Below the pieces are notes generated by a model, which was given only the letters and a program-made list of their open reading frames with translations, was not told the origin of the DNA and searched no databases. A stretch of DNA of 64,000 nt, taken from an uncultured Candidatus Saccharibacteria bacterium. GTDB taxonomy: Bacteria; Patescibacteriota; Minisyncoccia; Phycocordibacterales; CSBR16-193. Shown here in pieces: positions 10,176-19,678 of this stretch; position 1 is the first letter of the stretch; each line of letters begins with the position of its first letter. The stretch lies in the NCBI GenBank assembly GCA_964559575.1, contig CAZLGQ010000001.1, positions 7,067 to 71,066 of the forward strand, in the 5' to 3' direction. The translations under genes were made by a program, and so were the position numbers.

Positions 10176-10191
10176 ATAAATTTTATATAAA

Positions 10192-10608
10192 TTATTTCCA
10201 AAAATCTTTCCTTTTTTCAACTATTGAAGTAACATTTAAGATCAAATTATCCGGAAGAAATCTTACGTTTATAAGATCTCTAAATAACACCCAAGAAAAA
10301 CGAATATGGTCTTCTTTACTTTTTACGATACTGTCTTTTATCTTAACTAAATAAACATCCAGGGTTTCATCTATTAATCTGTTTGTATTTTTGAACTGAT
10401 TATAAAAAGAATCAATATATTCAGTGGAAATAACGGTACTTCCTGACTCTTCTAAAAACTCTCTTTTTAAAGCTTCTTCGGAAGATTCATTCTCTTTAAC
10501 ATGCCCTCCGGGTAGAAAAAAATAACTTCCCGCTATATTTTCACATAATAGTATCTTTTCTTTTTGATAAACTATACCTCTGGCTATGTGTTCTTTAAAT
10601 CTTTTCAT
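10192..10608 (-). CDS. Nudix hydrolase
   Basis: Nudix box LPGGHVKENESSEEALKREFLEESG. Confidence 0.9.
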   Translation of the reverse strand: MKRFKEHIARGIVYQKEKILLCENIAGSYFFLPGGHVKENESSEEALKREFLEESGSTVISTEYIDSFYNQFKNTNRLIDETLDVYLVKIKDSIVKSKEDHIRFSWVLFRDLINVRFLPDNLILNVTSIVEKRKDFWK

Positions 10609-10698
10609 TTAAAAAATAAGATCACAAATGAATTAACTGTTAAATTTTAACATTATTTTTAAAAAATTCTCAACTTAATAATATTATGCTATTGTAAT

Positions 10699-11955
10699 AT
10701 GGTTATGTCAAACAAAAATTACGACGTTATTGTGATTGGGGGTGGTCCCTCAGGAATGATGGCCGCAGGTAGAACCGCTGAGAGAGGTTTTAGAGTTTTA
10801 CTTTTAGAAAAAAACAAGAATTTAGGAAAAAAACTTTCATTAACCGGAGGTGGTAGATGTAACATATTAAATGCTGAAGAAAATGAAAAAGAATTAATTG
10901 AAAAATATGGAAAAAGTAAAAAATTTCTTCACTCTACTTTTTCTCAGTTTGGAATGAAAGATACTTGTAATTTTTTTGAAGAAAAAGGACTTCCGCTCGT
11001 AACAGAGGCAAGAAAAAGAGTGTTTCCAAAATCACAAAAATCATTGGATGTTATAAAAACAATGGAAGAATATATGGCCGAAAACGGAGTTGAGGTTAAA
11101 AGAGGACTGAATGTTAAAGGTTTTGAAATTAAAAAATGTCACATTGTTGGAGTTAAAACAGACTTTGGGCTTTATTATGCAAACAAGTTCATACTTTCTA
11201 CAGGTGGACTATCATATCCTAAAACCGGATCAACAGGAGAAGGTTTAAAATGGTTAAGAGATATAGGTCACACAATAAACTCACCGGAACCAAGTTTAGT
11301 ACCATTAACTGTTAAGGAGTCTTGGGTTAAAGAACTTTCCGGAGTTACTCTATCTTTTGCAAAAATAACTTTTGGGATCAATAAAACCAAAAAGGAAGGA
11401 AAGTTTAGTAAAACCGGAAAGATCCTATTCACTCACTTTGGATTATCGGGCCCTTTGATCCTAAATGCTTCAAGAGAAGTTAAAGAACTTTTAAAAAAAG
11501 GACTTGTAAAAACAGAAATAGATATGTATCCGGATACCGACATTAATGAAATCAGAAAAAATCTTCTTAATCTTTTTAACAGAAATAAAAATAAAAGTTT
11601 GAAAAATATTATAAAAGAAGTTACCCCTGAAGGTATGAGTGAAAATGTGGTTAAATTGGTCTCTTCTTCTCTTTTAGAAACCAAAGTTCATAATATAAGT
11701 AAAGAAAAAAGAGAAAACATCGCTGACATAATGAAAAGAATGCCTTTAACAGTTACCGGAACCATGGGGATGGATAGAGCAATAGCTTCTAACGGAGGTC
11801 TTGATCTTTCAGAAGTAGATACAAAAACAATGTCTTCAAAAATATATAAAAATCTTTATATCACAGGAGATATAATTGATATTGAAAGACCAAGTGGCGG
11901 TTTTTCATTACAGTGGTGTTGGACTAGTGGTTGGGTAGCCGGATCTAACACTTAA
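10699..11955 (+). CDS. HI0933/BaiN-family flavoprotein
   Basis: GGGPSGMMAA, GKKLSLTGGGRCN, TGGLSYPKTGSTGEG, LFTHFGLSGP, GGFSLQ. Confidence 0.93.
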   Translation: MVMSNKNYDVIVIGGGPSGMMAAGRTAERGFRVLLLEKNKNLGKKLSLTGGGRCNILNAEENEKELIEKYGKSKKFLHSTFSQFGMKDTCNFFEEKGLPLVTEARKRVFPKSQKSLDVIKTMEEYMAENGVEVKRGLNVKGFEIKKCHIVGVKTDFGLYYANKFILSTGGLSYPKTGSTGEGLKWLRDIGHTINSPEPSLVPLTVKESWVKELSGVTLSFAKITFGINKTKKEGKFSKTGKILFTHFGLSGPLILNASREVKELLKKGLVKTEIDMYPDTDINEIRKNLLNLFNRNKNKSLKNIIKEVTPEGMSENVVKLVSSSLLETKVHNISKEKRENIADIMKRMPLTVTGTMGMDRAIASNGGLDLSEVDTKTMSSKIYKNLYITGDIIDIERPSGGFSLQWCWTSGWVAGSNT

Positions 11956-11991
11956 TTTATTAATAAAATATGTTAACATTAATTTAAAATA

Positions 11992-12094
11992 GCGTTCTGT
12001 ACAGTGAAGAGAGGTGAAAATCCTCCGCTATCGCGTAACGGTTAAAGTCCGACCCTGTGCAAAAAAAAACGCAAAACAAGGCTCGCGTAAAGCC
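11992..12094 (+). ncRNA. Cobalamin riboswitch, class II (AdoCbl-variant-like)
   Basis: GCGTT..TGTACAG pairs with CTGTGCA..AACGC; T-loop hairpin GAGG-TGAAAAT-CCTC; P5 CCG..TCGCG..CGG; AAGTCCGAC B12-box-like; P13 GGCT-CGCGTAA-AGCC; CGCG in both loops can kiss; upstream of a B12-independent RNR. Confidence 0.85.
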
Positions 12095-12110
12095 ATAAAT
12101 CTTTTTGATA

Positions 12111-12142
12111 TTTGGCTTTTTAAAAGCCAAAATTTTATTATT
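12111..12142 (+). terminator. Intrinsic terminator in the riboswitch expression platform
   Basis: TTTGGCTTT-TTA-AAAGCCAAA followed by ATTTTATTATT, between the aptamer and the nrdD ATG. Confidence 0.65.
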
Positions 12143-12157
12143 AAATCAAGAAAACTT

Positions 12158-14242
12158 ATGTACTCAAAAATAAAAAAAAGAAACGGAAATGTAGTAACTT
12201 TTAATGAAGAAAAAATAACTCAAGCAATTATAAAAGCCGGAAAGGTCACTGAAGAATTCGGTCCAAAAGAGGCACATAAGTTAACAAAAAAAGTTATTGA
12301 AGTTTCAAAAGAAAAAATTAAAAATAAAATTCCAAAAGTAGAAGAGATTCAGGATGTTGTAGAGGATGTTCTTCTTAATTCAAAGTTTAAAAAAACAGCA
12401 AAAGCATATATTTTATATAGAGATCAACACAGACTCTTAAGGAATATAACAGACACTACTAATAATGGATTAGTAGATAACTATTTAGCCAAAGCCGATT
12501 GGAAAATAAAAGAAAATAGTAATATGTCCTATTCTCTTCAGGGGTTAAATAACTATATATCAAGTGAAATAAGTAAAAACTATTGGTTGGGTAAAATATA
12601 CCCTGAAAATATAAGAGAAGCCCATACAAATGGAGCTTTTCATATACATGATCTATCTATTCTTTCTGTCTACTGTGTTGGTTGGGATCTTTTAGATCTT
12701 TTAATAAATGGGTTTACGGGAGTAGAAGGAAAAGTCTCTAGCAAACCCCCTAAACATTTCAGATCAGCCTTGGGGCAAGTTACTAATTTTTTTTACACTC
12801 TCCAAGGAGAAGCTGCCGGAGCTCAAGCTTTTAGTAATTTTGATACACTCCTCGCTCCTTTTATTAGATATGATGGATTAGGTTACAAAGAAGTAAAACA
12901 AGCTATTCAAGAGTTTATTTTTAATGTAAATATACCTACACGAGTAGGATTTCAAACTCCTTTTACTAACGTAACTCTTGATTTATCGGTTCCTAAATAC
13001 TATGCAAATCAATCAATTGTAATCGGAGGTAAACCTCAAAAAGAAAAATATAAAGATTTTCAAGAAGAGATAAATATTTTTAATAAAGCATTATTAGAAG
13101 TAATGTCCGAAGGAGATGCAAATGGAAGAGTTTTTACATTTCCTATACCAACTTATAACATAACAGAAAATTTTAATTGGGATAATGAAATAAGTAAGCT
13201 TCTTTGGAAAGTAACTTCTAAATATGGACTTCCATACTTTTCAAACTTTATAAATTCCGATATGAATCCTGAAGATGCTCGTTCTATGTGTTGTCGTTTA
13301 AGGATAGATAACAGAGAACTGGAAAATAGAGGCGGAGGTCTCTTTGGTGCAAATCCTCTAACCGGTTCTATTGGTGTCGTTACTATAAATCTTCCTCGTA
13401 TAGGTTATATTTCAAAAAATAAGGAAGAATTTTTAGATAATCTTGATAATTTAATGTCAACAGCAAAAGACAGTTTGGAAATAAAAAGAAAGATTTTAGA
13501 AAGATTTACTGAAAATAATTTATACCCCTATACTAAATTTTATTTAAATAAAATAAAAGAACAGTATGGCAGTTACTGGAAAAATCATTTTTCAACTATA
13601 GGTATAGCCGGTATGAATGAAGCCGTGCAAAATCTATATGGTAAAAATATAGGAACATCTGAAGGACAGGAGTTTTCTAAAGAAGTTTTAGACTTTATGA
13701 GAAATGTGCTTGAAAAATTTCAAAAAGAAACGGGAAATAATTATAATCTAGAAGCCACCCCGGCAGAAGGAACACTTTTTAGGTTGGCTATTCTTGATAA
13801 AGAAAAATATCAAAATCCTGTATTTGCAAATGGTAAAGGTAAAGATGTAAAAACTCCTTTTTACACAAATTCAACTCATTTACCTGTTAACTTTACTGAC
13901 GATATTTTCGAAATGCTTGATCTTCAAGATGAACTCCAAACTAAATATACTGGAGGAACAGTTGCACATCTTTTTTTTGGTGAAAAGATAGAAGATGAAA
14001 ATTCAGTAAAAAATTTAATAAAAAAAATCTGTAAAGAATATCGTTTACCCTATTTTACAGTAAGCCCAACTTTTAGTGTTTGTCCTGAACATGGATATAT
14101 TTCCGGTGAAGTATATACTTGCGAAAAATGTAAAAATGAATGCGAAGTTTATTCAAGAATAGTTGGATACCTTAGACCTATAAATCAATGGAACGATGGA
14201 AAGAAATCAGAATTTGAAATAAGAAAAAACTATAAAAAATGA
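12158..14242 (+). CDS. nrdD: Anaerobic (class III) ribonucleoside-triphosphate reductase with ATP cone
   Basis: True start at MYSKIKKRNG (ATP cone); FHIHDL, SMCCRL, LEATPAEG, C-terminal Zn motif and glycyl-radical YSRIVGYLRP. Confidence 0.95.
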   Translation: MYSKIKKRNGNVVTFNEEKITQAIIKAGKVTEEFGPKEAHKLTKKVIEVSKEKIKNKIPKVEEIQDVVEDVLLNSKFKKTAKAYILYRDQHRLLRNITDTTNNGLVDNYLAKADWKIKENSNMSYSLQGLNNYISSEISKNYWLGKIYPENIREAHTNGAFHIHDLSILSVYCVGWDLLDLLINGFTGVEGKVSSKPPKHFRSALGQVTNFFYTLQGEAAGAQAFSNFDTLLAPFIRYDGLGYKEVKQAIQEFIFNVNIPTRVGFQTPFTNVTLDLSVPKYYANQSIVIGGKPQKEKYKDFQEEINIFNKALLEVMSEGDANGRVFTFPIPTYNITENFNWDNEISKLLWKVTSKYGLPYFSNFINSDMNPEDARSMCCRLRIDNRELENRGGGLFGANPLTGSIGVVTINLPRIGYISKNKEEFLDNLDNLMSTAKDSLEIKRKILERFTENNLYPYTKFYLNKIKEQYGSYWKNHFSTIGIAGMNEAVQNLYGKNIGTSEGQEFSKEVLDFMRNVLEKFQKETGNNYNLEATPAEGTLFRLAILDKEKYQNPVFANGKGKDVKTPFYTNSTHLPVNFTDDIFEMLDLQDELQTKYTGGTVAHLFFGEKIEDENSVKNLIKKICKEYRLPYFTVSPTFSVCPEHGYISGEVYTCEKCKNECEVYSRIVGYLRPINQWNDGKKSEFEIRKNYKK

Positions 14243-14925
14243 AAATAGGAGGATTACATAAATTTTCCTTAATTAACTATCCTGAAAAAACTTCTGCCGT
14301 TATATTTACCATAGGATGTAATTTTCGTTGCAGTTACTGTCATAATTTGAAACTTGTATTTCCTAATAAATATTCTGAAGAAATTTCAATTGAAGAAATA
14401 TTAAACTTTTTAAAAAGTAGACAGAATAAACTGGATGCCGTTGTTATTAGTGGAGGAGAGCCTACAGAACATTCAGATCTGTTAAATTTCATTTCTGATA
14501 TCAAAGAATTGGGTTTTTTAATTAAGCTTGATACCAACGGAAGTAATCCAAATGTCTTACAAGAGATCATAAAAAATAACTTGATCAACTATATAGCAAT
14601 GGATATAAAAGCCCCTATTAAAAAACATCAAAAAGTAACAAGAAGTTTAATAGATTTTAAAAAAATAAAAGAAAGTATAAATATAATAATGAGATCTGAA
14701 ATAGAATACGAATTTAGAACTACAGTGGTAAAAGAATTAATTAATAGTGAGGATCTTATTTATTTAGCAAAAATGATATACGGAGCTGAAAAATACTTTT
14801 TACAAACTTTCAATTTTTCAAAATCAGATTTAGGATCCTTAAATTTTTCCTCTTATTCTAAAGAGGAAATGGAAAAAATGGCTAAAAATTTAAGGAAATA
14901 TGTTAAAGAATGTAAAGTTAGGTAA
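14239..14925 (+). CDS. nrdG: Anaerobic RNR activating radical SAM enzyme
   Basis: GCNFRCSYCHN, ISGGEPT, KLDTNG; 4-nt overlap with nrdD. Confidence 0.93.
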   Translation: MKIGGLHKFSLINYPEKTSAVIFTIGCNFRCSYCHNLKLVFPNKYSEEISIEEILNFLKSRQNKLDAVVISGGEPTEHSDLLNFISDIKELGFLIKLDTNGSNPNVLQEIIKNNLINYIAMDIKAPIKKHQKVTRSLIDFKKIKESINIIMRSEIEYEFRTTVVKELINSEDLIYLAKMIYGAEKYFLQTFNFSKSDLGSLNFSSYSKEEMEKMAKNLRKYVKECKVR

Positions 14926-15997
14926 TACCCACTTTCTTTTTTATTGAATTTAAAAAATGTTTATTCTTAAAATATCTTTGTAAAAGATATAAATAATAAA
15001 ATAAACTTTTACCAATAAGATCAAAAAAGGGATAACTTACATAGTATCCTCCAAATCCTTGTTTGAATTTTGAAAAACCTTGCCAGTCTCCATTTTCTTT
15101 TTTAGTCACAGCTCCAAAATTAGCTTTTGTCATTTTTAATTTTTTTGATCTTTTTATAGCCTCCCAACGTAATAGATAGGAAGATCTTAAGTTTCTACCC
15201 TCTTCTAGAACACCAGAAAAAAGAAAAGAGGCCGTTTTTTCAGATAACAAAACAAAATTAACTGCCACCGGTTTTCTTTTATAATAAGCTATAGCTAAAA
15301 AAGAACTATTTCTTTTTTCACTTTCTTCAAAAATTTTACAGTAATAACTTTTAGGGTATATGAAAAAATTATTTTTTTCAGCACTTTTTTTAATAATATT
15401 AAAAAAAGTATTGATCTTTTTAGTTGGTTTTTCAAATATTCTTATCTTTATATCATTTTTTTCAGCCTTCCTTATATTATATCTTGTTTTTGGATGCATT
15501 TCGGATAAAATCTCATCTTCTGTTTTTTTAATATCAACAAACCAAAGTAACTCGGGTTGAAAATATCCGGCGTGAGAAAAGGCTTTTCGTGGAGAATTAA
15601 AATATTTATGTATAGTATCTATATCTTTTTCAGTTAAACCTTCTTTATTATTAAAAGAAAATTGAGTTCTTGTAAAAATAGCTTTTTCTTCTTTTGTTTT
15701 TTTCTTTAAACAAAGATATAAATTAAGCATTCTATCTTTATTAAGATCACTTAAAAAAACCGGACCGTAAGGAATATAAAGTATCTTTAAACCAAAATTT
15801 ATTTTTAATATAAAAACCTGAAAAAACGCAACTGGTTTTTTATTTTCCATAAAAATAAAATGTCTGACCGGAGAGTTGTTTTTTTCTTGGATTTTGGAGT
15901 ATAAGATCTCTTGAGTAAACAAGGTTTCACTACCCTTATAAAGATCGGAATACTGATCAGCTTTCAACTCTATTAAGTTGTAAGCACTATCCTTCAT
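14918..15997 (-). CDS. FemABX/MurM-family peptidoglycan aminoacyltransferase
   Basis: YIPYGPV, MHPKTRYNIRKAEK, YLLRWEAIK, FKQGFGG. Confidence 0.85.
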   Translation of the reverse strand: MKDSAYNLIELKADQYSDLYKGSETLFTQEILYSKIQEKNNSPVRHFIFMENKKPVAFFQVFILKINFGLKILYIPYGPVFLSDLNKDRMLNLYLCLKKKTKEEKAIFTRTQFSFNNKEGLTEKDIDTIHKYFNSPRKAFSHAGYFQPELLWFVDIKKTEDEILSEMHPKTRYNIRKAEKNDIKIRIFEKPTKKINTFFNIIKKSAEKNNFFIYPKSYYCKIFEESEKRNSSFLAIAYYKRKPVAVNFVLLSEKTASFLFSGVLEEGRNLRSSYLLRWEAIKRSKKLKMTKANFGAVTKKENGDWQGFSKFKQGFGGYYVSYPFFDLIGKSLFYYLYLLQRYFKNKHFLNSIKKKVGIT

Positions 15998-16004
15998 GAA
16001 AAAA

Positions 16005-16235
16005 TTACTGTTGCATCAACTTTTGTATTTCACTTTGATGTTTACGCATCACCTCCATAGTTGCAGCCATTTCACTTTTTCCTTCTTTTGTTTTTTGCTT
16101 TACTTCATTTCCGATCTTTTCAAATAATTCAGGATTTTTTTCTATAAGATTCATTATCATTTCCTGCTGTTCTTCCGGAACACCTTTCATCTTAGTTTTT
16201 AAATATTTTTTAAGAAAATAATTTTTTATTCCCAT
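16005..16235 (-). CDS. Small conserved hypothetical protein
   Basis: 76 aa helical ORF (GVPEEQQEMIMNLIEKNPELFEKI) filling the gap upstream of the Fem gene. Confidence 0.7.
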   Translation of the reverse strand: MGIKNYFLKKYLKTKMKGVPEEQQEMIMNLIEKNPELFEKIGNEVKQKTKEGKSEMAATMEVMRKHQSEIQKLMQQ

Positions 16236-16349
16236 ATATTTTATATTACTATCAATTATTAAAAAGTATTATAACACAAGATATTGAAAGTTATAGATTT
16301 TTAATAAAAATAATAAGTGTGTTAAAATAGCTTACATAATTTTTTAAAA

Positions 16350-17024
16350 ATGTCACAGTACGAAATAGAAATCAAAGGACTATTAGGTAAAAAGAAAAAC
16401 GTAGATGATATTGTTTCAAAAATGGAAAGTATAGATCCTAATTTTAAAAAGATCTCTCAAAACAAGCAACTCAATCATTATTTTTCAGGAAATAACATTG
16501 TTGATTTATATGAAAATGTAGAGGAGATATTATCAAACGAAGAGGCTCAAGAAATGAGAGATATAATAGAAAAAGGAAAAAACTTTTCAGTTAGAACCAG
16601 AAAGAAAAATGAAGATACCTTTTTAATTATAAAGGCTTCTGTTGATGAAGGAACAAGTGAGAATACTGTTTCCAGACTTGAGTTTGAAAAAAAGATAAAT
16701 TTTTCAATAGATGAAATTGATAATCTAATATTAAAATCCGGTTATAGTTATCAAGCAAAATGGTCAAGAAAGCGTTCTGAATATGTATATAAAGATATGA
16801 ATGTGTGCATAGATAAAAATGCCGGATATGGATATCTTATAGAGTTTGAAAAGATCATTAACGATAAAAAAAATATAGCTAACACTAAATCAAAAATAAG
16901 ATCTTCAATGAAAGAATTGGGAATTGAAGAACTCCCGCAAGATAGATTAGAGAGGATGTTTGATTATTATAATAAAAACTGGCATCAATACTACGGAACC
17001 GAAAGAACTTTTACAGTAAAGTAA
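16350..17024 (+). CDS. CYTH-domain protein
   Basis: N-terminal YEIEIK; QLNHYF; SRLEFE; DKNAGYGYLIEFE. Confidence 0.8.
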   Translation: MSQYEIEIKGLLGKKKNVDDIVSKMESIDPNFKKISQNKQLNHYFSGNNIVDLYENVEEILSNEEAQEMRDIIEKGKNFSVRTRKKNEDTFLIIKASVDEGTSENTVSRLEFEKKINFSIDEIDNLILKSGYSYQAKWSRKRSEYVYKDMNVCIDKNAGYGYLIEFEKIINDKKNIANTKSKIRSSMKELGIEELPQDRLERMFDYYNKNWHQYYGTERTFTVK

Positions 17025-17028
17025 ATTT

Positions 17029-17871
17029 TTAAACAGGAAACTGTTTAGTTAAAGTCAGTGCTCCATAAATACCACCAATAGCTCCCAGCTCAGCCTTTTT
17101 AATTTCTGGAGTAAATGGAAGTATTTCCGTCATCCTTTCTACATGATAACGTATTCTGTCTATAGGTATAGCTGGATCGCCTACCACCATAGAACCTCCA
17201 ATAACAACCGTATCTGGAGACCAAAATAAAATAGTATTATATATACCAATAGCACTTTCAAATGCCAGTCTTTCCCATGTATCAGGATCGTCTATTTCTA
17301 TTGGATCTAAACCGGTAGCTTTACTTAAAGCAGTACCGGATACATGACCTTCAAAAGTGGAGTTATAAAATGAATTATTTTCTTTAATAAAACTTTTATC
17401 AATTACATGATGTCCGGGTTCAAATCCTACGGTAGCTTTATCTATATACCCATCAACTATTCTAACTCCCCCTACTCCCGTACTTATTGTTATATAAACA
17501 CATATATTACTTCCCTTTCCTGCTCCATGATGAGCTTCTCCTAAACCAACCACATCAGCATCATTTTCAAATTTAAAAGGTGCGGAAAATTTTTCACTAA
17601 AAAAATCTGCAATAGGCTTATTAACCCATCCTTCCATATTAGGAGAATAGACTAACTGATCACGTTCTTTGTTCCAAACCCCAGTAATTCCTCCCCAAAA
17701 ACCCTCAATTTCTCCATCACCAGCTATTTCTTTTACTGTATCAGAGAAAACATTAACACCCTCTTCTGCGGTTTTAGGTGTTTTATTTATTATTGGTTTT
17801 GAAAAGTTCTCTCCATCAAAAGTCGCGCTGATACGCATTTTACTTCCACCTATATCAAATAAAAATTTCAT
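17029..17871 (-). CDS. ROK-family sugar kinase
   Basis: FDIGGSK, ENDAD, YITISTGVGG, EPGH, FEGHVSG. Confidence 0.9.
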   Translation of the reverse strand: MKFLFDIGGSKMRISATFDGENFSKPIINKTPKTAEEGVNVFSDTVKEIAGDGEIEGFWGGITGVWNKERDQLVYSPNMEGWVNKPIADFFSEKFSAPFKFENDADVVGLGEAHHGAGKGSNICVYITISTGVGGVRIVDGYIDKATVGFEPGHHVIDKSFIKENNSFYNSTFEGHVSGTALSKATGLDPIEIDDPDTWERLAFESAIGIYNTILFWSPDTVVIGGSMVVGDPAIPIDRIRYHVERMTEILPFTPEIKKAELGAIGGIYGALTLTKQFPV

Positions 17872-17874
17872 GAT

Positions 17875-18846
17875 CTATTTTATTATTTTTTTAAATTTTT
17901 CAACCACAGGAACATTGTCACAATCGGTTTCATAATGTGATACAGCCAATTCAAAAGCTAGCCAATCTACAGTAAGTAAACTTCTAAATATTTTTTCAGT
18001 TTTATTTTCTCCTTCCAATTCAAAAAGCAAAGTTTTAATACCACGTTCTTCATATATATTTTTAGTGGTTTCCATACGTTTTCTTATTCTGGGATTATCA
18101 TCAATATCCATAAGAAAAATTACAATCATAAAAGAACTTAAACTTTTAGTACTTTCTATTACACCAAACCCTTCCATTTCATTATGATTTAACTCAGGGA
18201 AAACATTATAAAAAGCCGGGATCTTGGTGGTTTCATTAAATTTGATCTTCCAATTATAAGGTATGACTTTATTAGACAAAGATGAATAAATAATTGGAAC
18301 ATAATTTACAAGATCTTTTACTGTTTCTTGTATCTTTAAACGTTCTTTTTTAGGGTCTAATTTAAAAGACATTTCTTTTAGATCTTCAACAGATACAGCA
18401 TCTCCTAAAATAGTAGCCAAAGAAAGAGTAAGATATCCTATTGCATTTCTTGGTTGTATACCGGTATCAGGAATTTGAATCATAGGACTTTCTGTTTCTT
18501 CAGCCAAATCCTTTAACTTACCTCCCGTTGTTATAACGGCTGTATTTAAACCTCTTTCTTTTATAGTTTTAAATGAATCAATAGTTTCTTCAGTATTTCC
18601 TGAATAAGAAACAAAAACAAACAAAGTTCTTTCTTTAGAAGACGTAAAAACTTCAGGTATACCGTAACCTCTATGTATAAAAATTGGTAATGATGGATTA
18701 ATAGCTTTTAAAACCCCTCCACAAAAATGAGATCCCCCCATTCCAACCAAAACGATTTTTTCATAGTTGGTACACAAATTTTCTTTTTTTATTATTTTCG
18801 GTTCAAAATTAAATTGATCCGGCAAACCAAGAATTGAATCCTCCAT
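17875..18846 (-). CDS. Bifunctional phosphoglucose/phosphomannose isomerase (SIS)
   Basis: GMGGS, SYSGNTEET, TTGGKL, QPR, WKIKFNETTK, PELNHNE. Confidence 0.9.
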   Translation of the reverse strand: MEDSILGLPDQFNFEPKIIKKENLCTNYEKIVLVGMGGSHFCGGVLKAINPSLPIFIHRGYGIPEVFTSSKERTLFVFVSYSGNTEETIDSFKTIKERGLNTAVITTGGKLKDLAEETESPMIQIPDTGIQPRNAIGYLTLSLATILGDAVSVEDLKEMSFKLDPKKERLKIQETVKDLVNYVPIIYSSLSNKVIPYNWKIKFNETTKIPAFYNVFPELNHNEMEGFGVIESTKSLSSFMIVIFLMDIDDNPRIRKRMETTKNIYEERGIKTLLFELEGENKTEKIFRSLLTVDWLAFELAVSHYETDCDNVPVVEKFKKIIK

Positions 18847-18931
18847 TTTTTAAAAATTAATTTAATATAAATTCATTATAACTTAAAAATTATTTTTTCC
18901 TGTGTACATCTAATGTTTTAAATTTAAATAA

Positions 18932-19657
18932 TTATGAATGTTTTTTTATAAAAGGTGCAAAATATATAACATGCTCTAAAACTGACTTAACAGAAGCACG
19001 TTGATCGTTATTCATTTTTTTAATTAACGGAAGATAATGTATAAAGTCCTTAACCTTAGGATCACTGGTTATACCTAACCCTTCTTTAGATTTATACTCA
19101 TAAATTTCTTTTTCCAAACTATCTAAAAATATTTGAGATCTTGATCTATCGGATTCTTCTATTATCTCTTTTAACATATTATTTCTATCAGGTATATTTG
19201 AAGATAAAAACTCACTAATAGAAATATCGCAATCCGCATCACTATTTAAAATGGAGATAAAAAATCTGGAGATCAAAGTTGGAAGTAGGATCTTTTGAGA
19301 TGGAATAACTATAATAAAATTAGTGTTTGGAGGATTGTTTTCAAATATTTTAAGTAAAGCATTTTGAGACTCTATGGTTATCATATAAGATTCCAATATA
19401 AAGATCTTTTGATTTTCTTTAACCGAATTAACACTTGCCCAATCTCGTAAAAAAAGAGCATCTTTTATTTCAAAAGAACTTTTGGAATAATGTAGAAAAT
19501 CAGGATTTCCATCAAAAGAAACTTTCCATGTTTTTTTTATAACCTCACGTATAGTCTCTGCTTCTTTTTTGGGGTTCTCAGTTACAAAACAGTAAGCATG
19601 ATGATCTCTGTTATTTAAAACATTTTCAATACTTTCTTTTTTAATTGAAAGACTCAT
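18932..19657 (-). CDS. holB: DNA polymerase III delta-prime-like subunit
   Basis: HHAY, NPDF, SQNALLKIFE.PP, LLPTLISR. Confidence 0.8.
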   Translation of the reverse strand: MSLSIKKESIENVLNNRDHHAYCFVTENPKKEAETIREVIKKTWKVSFDGNPDFLHYSKSSFEIKDALFLRDWASVNSVKENQKIFILESYMITIESQNALLKIFENNPPNTNFIIVIPSQKILLPTLISRFFISILNSDADCDISISEFLSSNIPDRNNMLKEIIEESDRSRSQIFLDSLEKEIYEYKSKEGLGITSDPKVKDFIHYLPLIKKMNNDQRASVKSVLEHVIYFAPFIKKHS

Positions 19658-19678
19658 TTCAATAACAAGTTTGAAATA

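Noticed and set aside
12014-12157. 48-aa N-terminal extension of NrdD in the ORF track
   Set aside because: It overlaps the riboswitch and terminator; the ATP cone starts at ATG 12158
12158-14242. Intein or intron in nrdD
   Set aside because: Continuous ORF of normal length without splicing motifs
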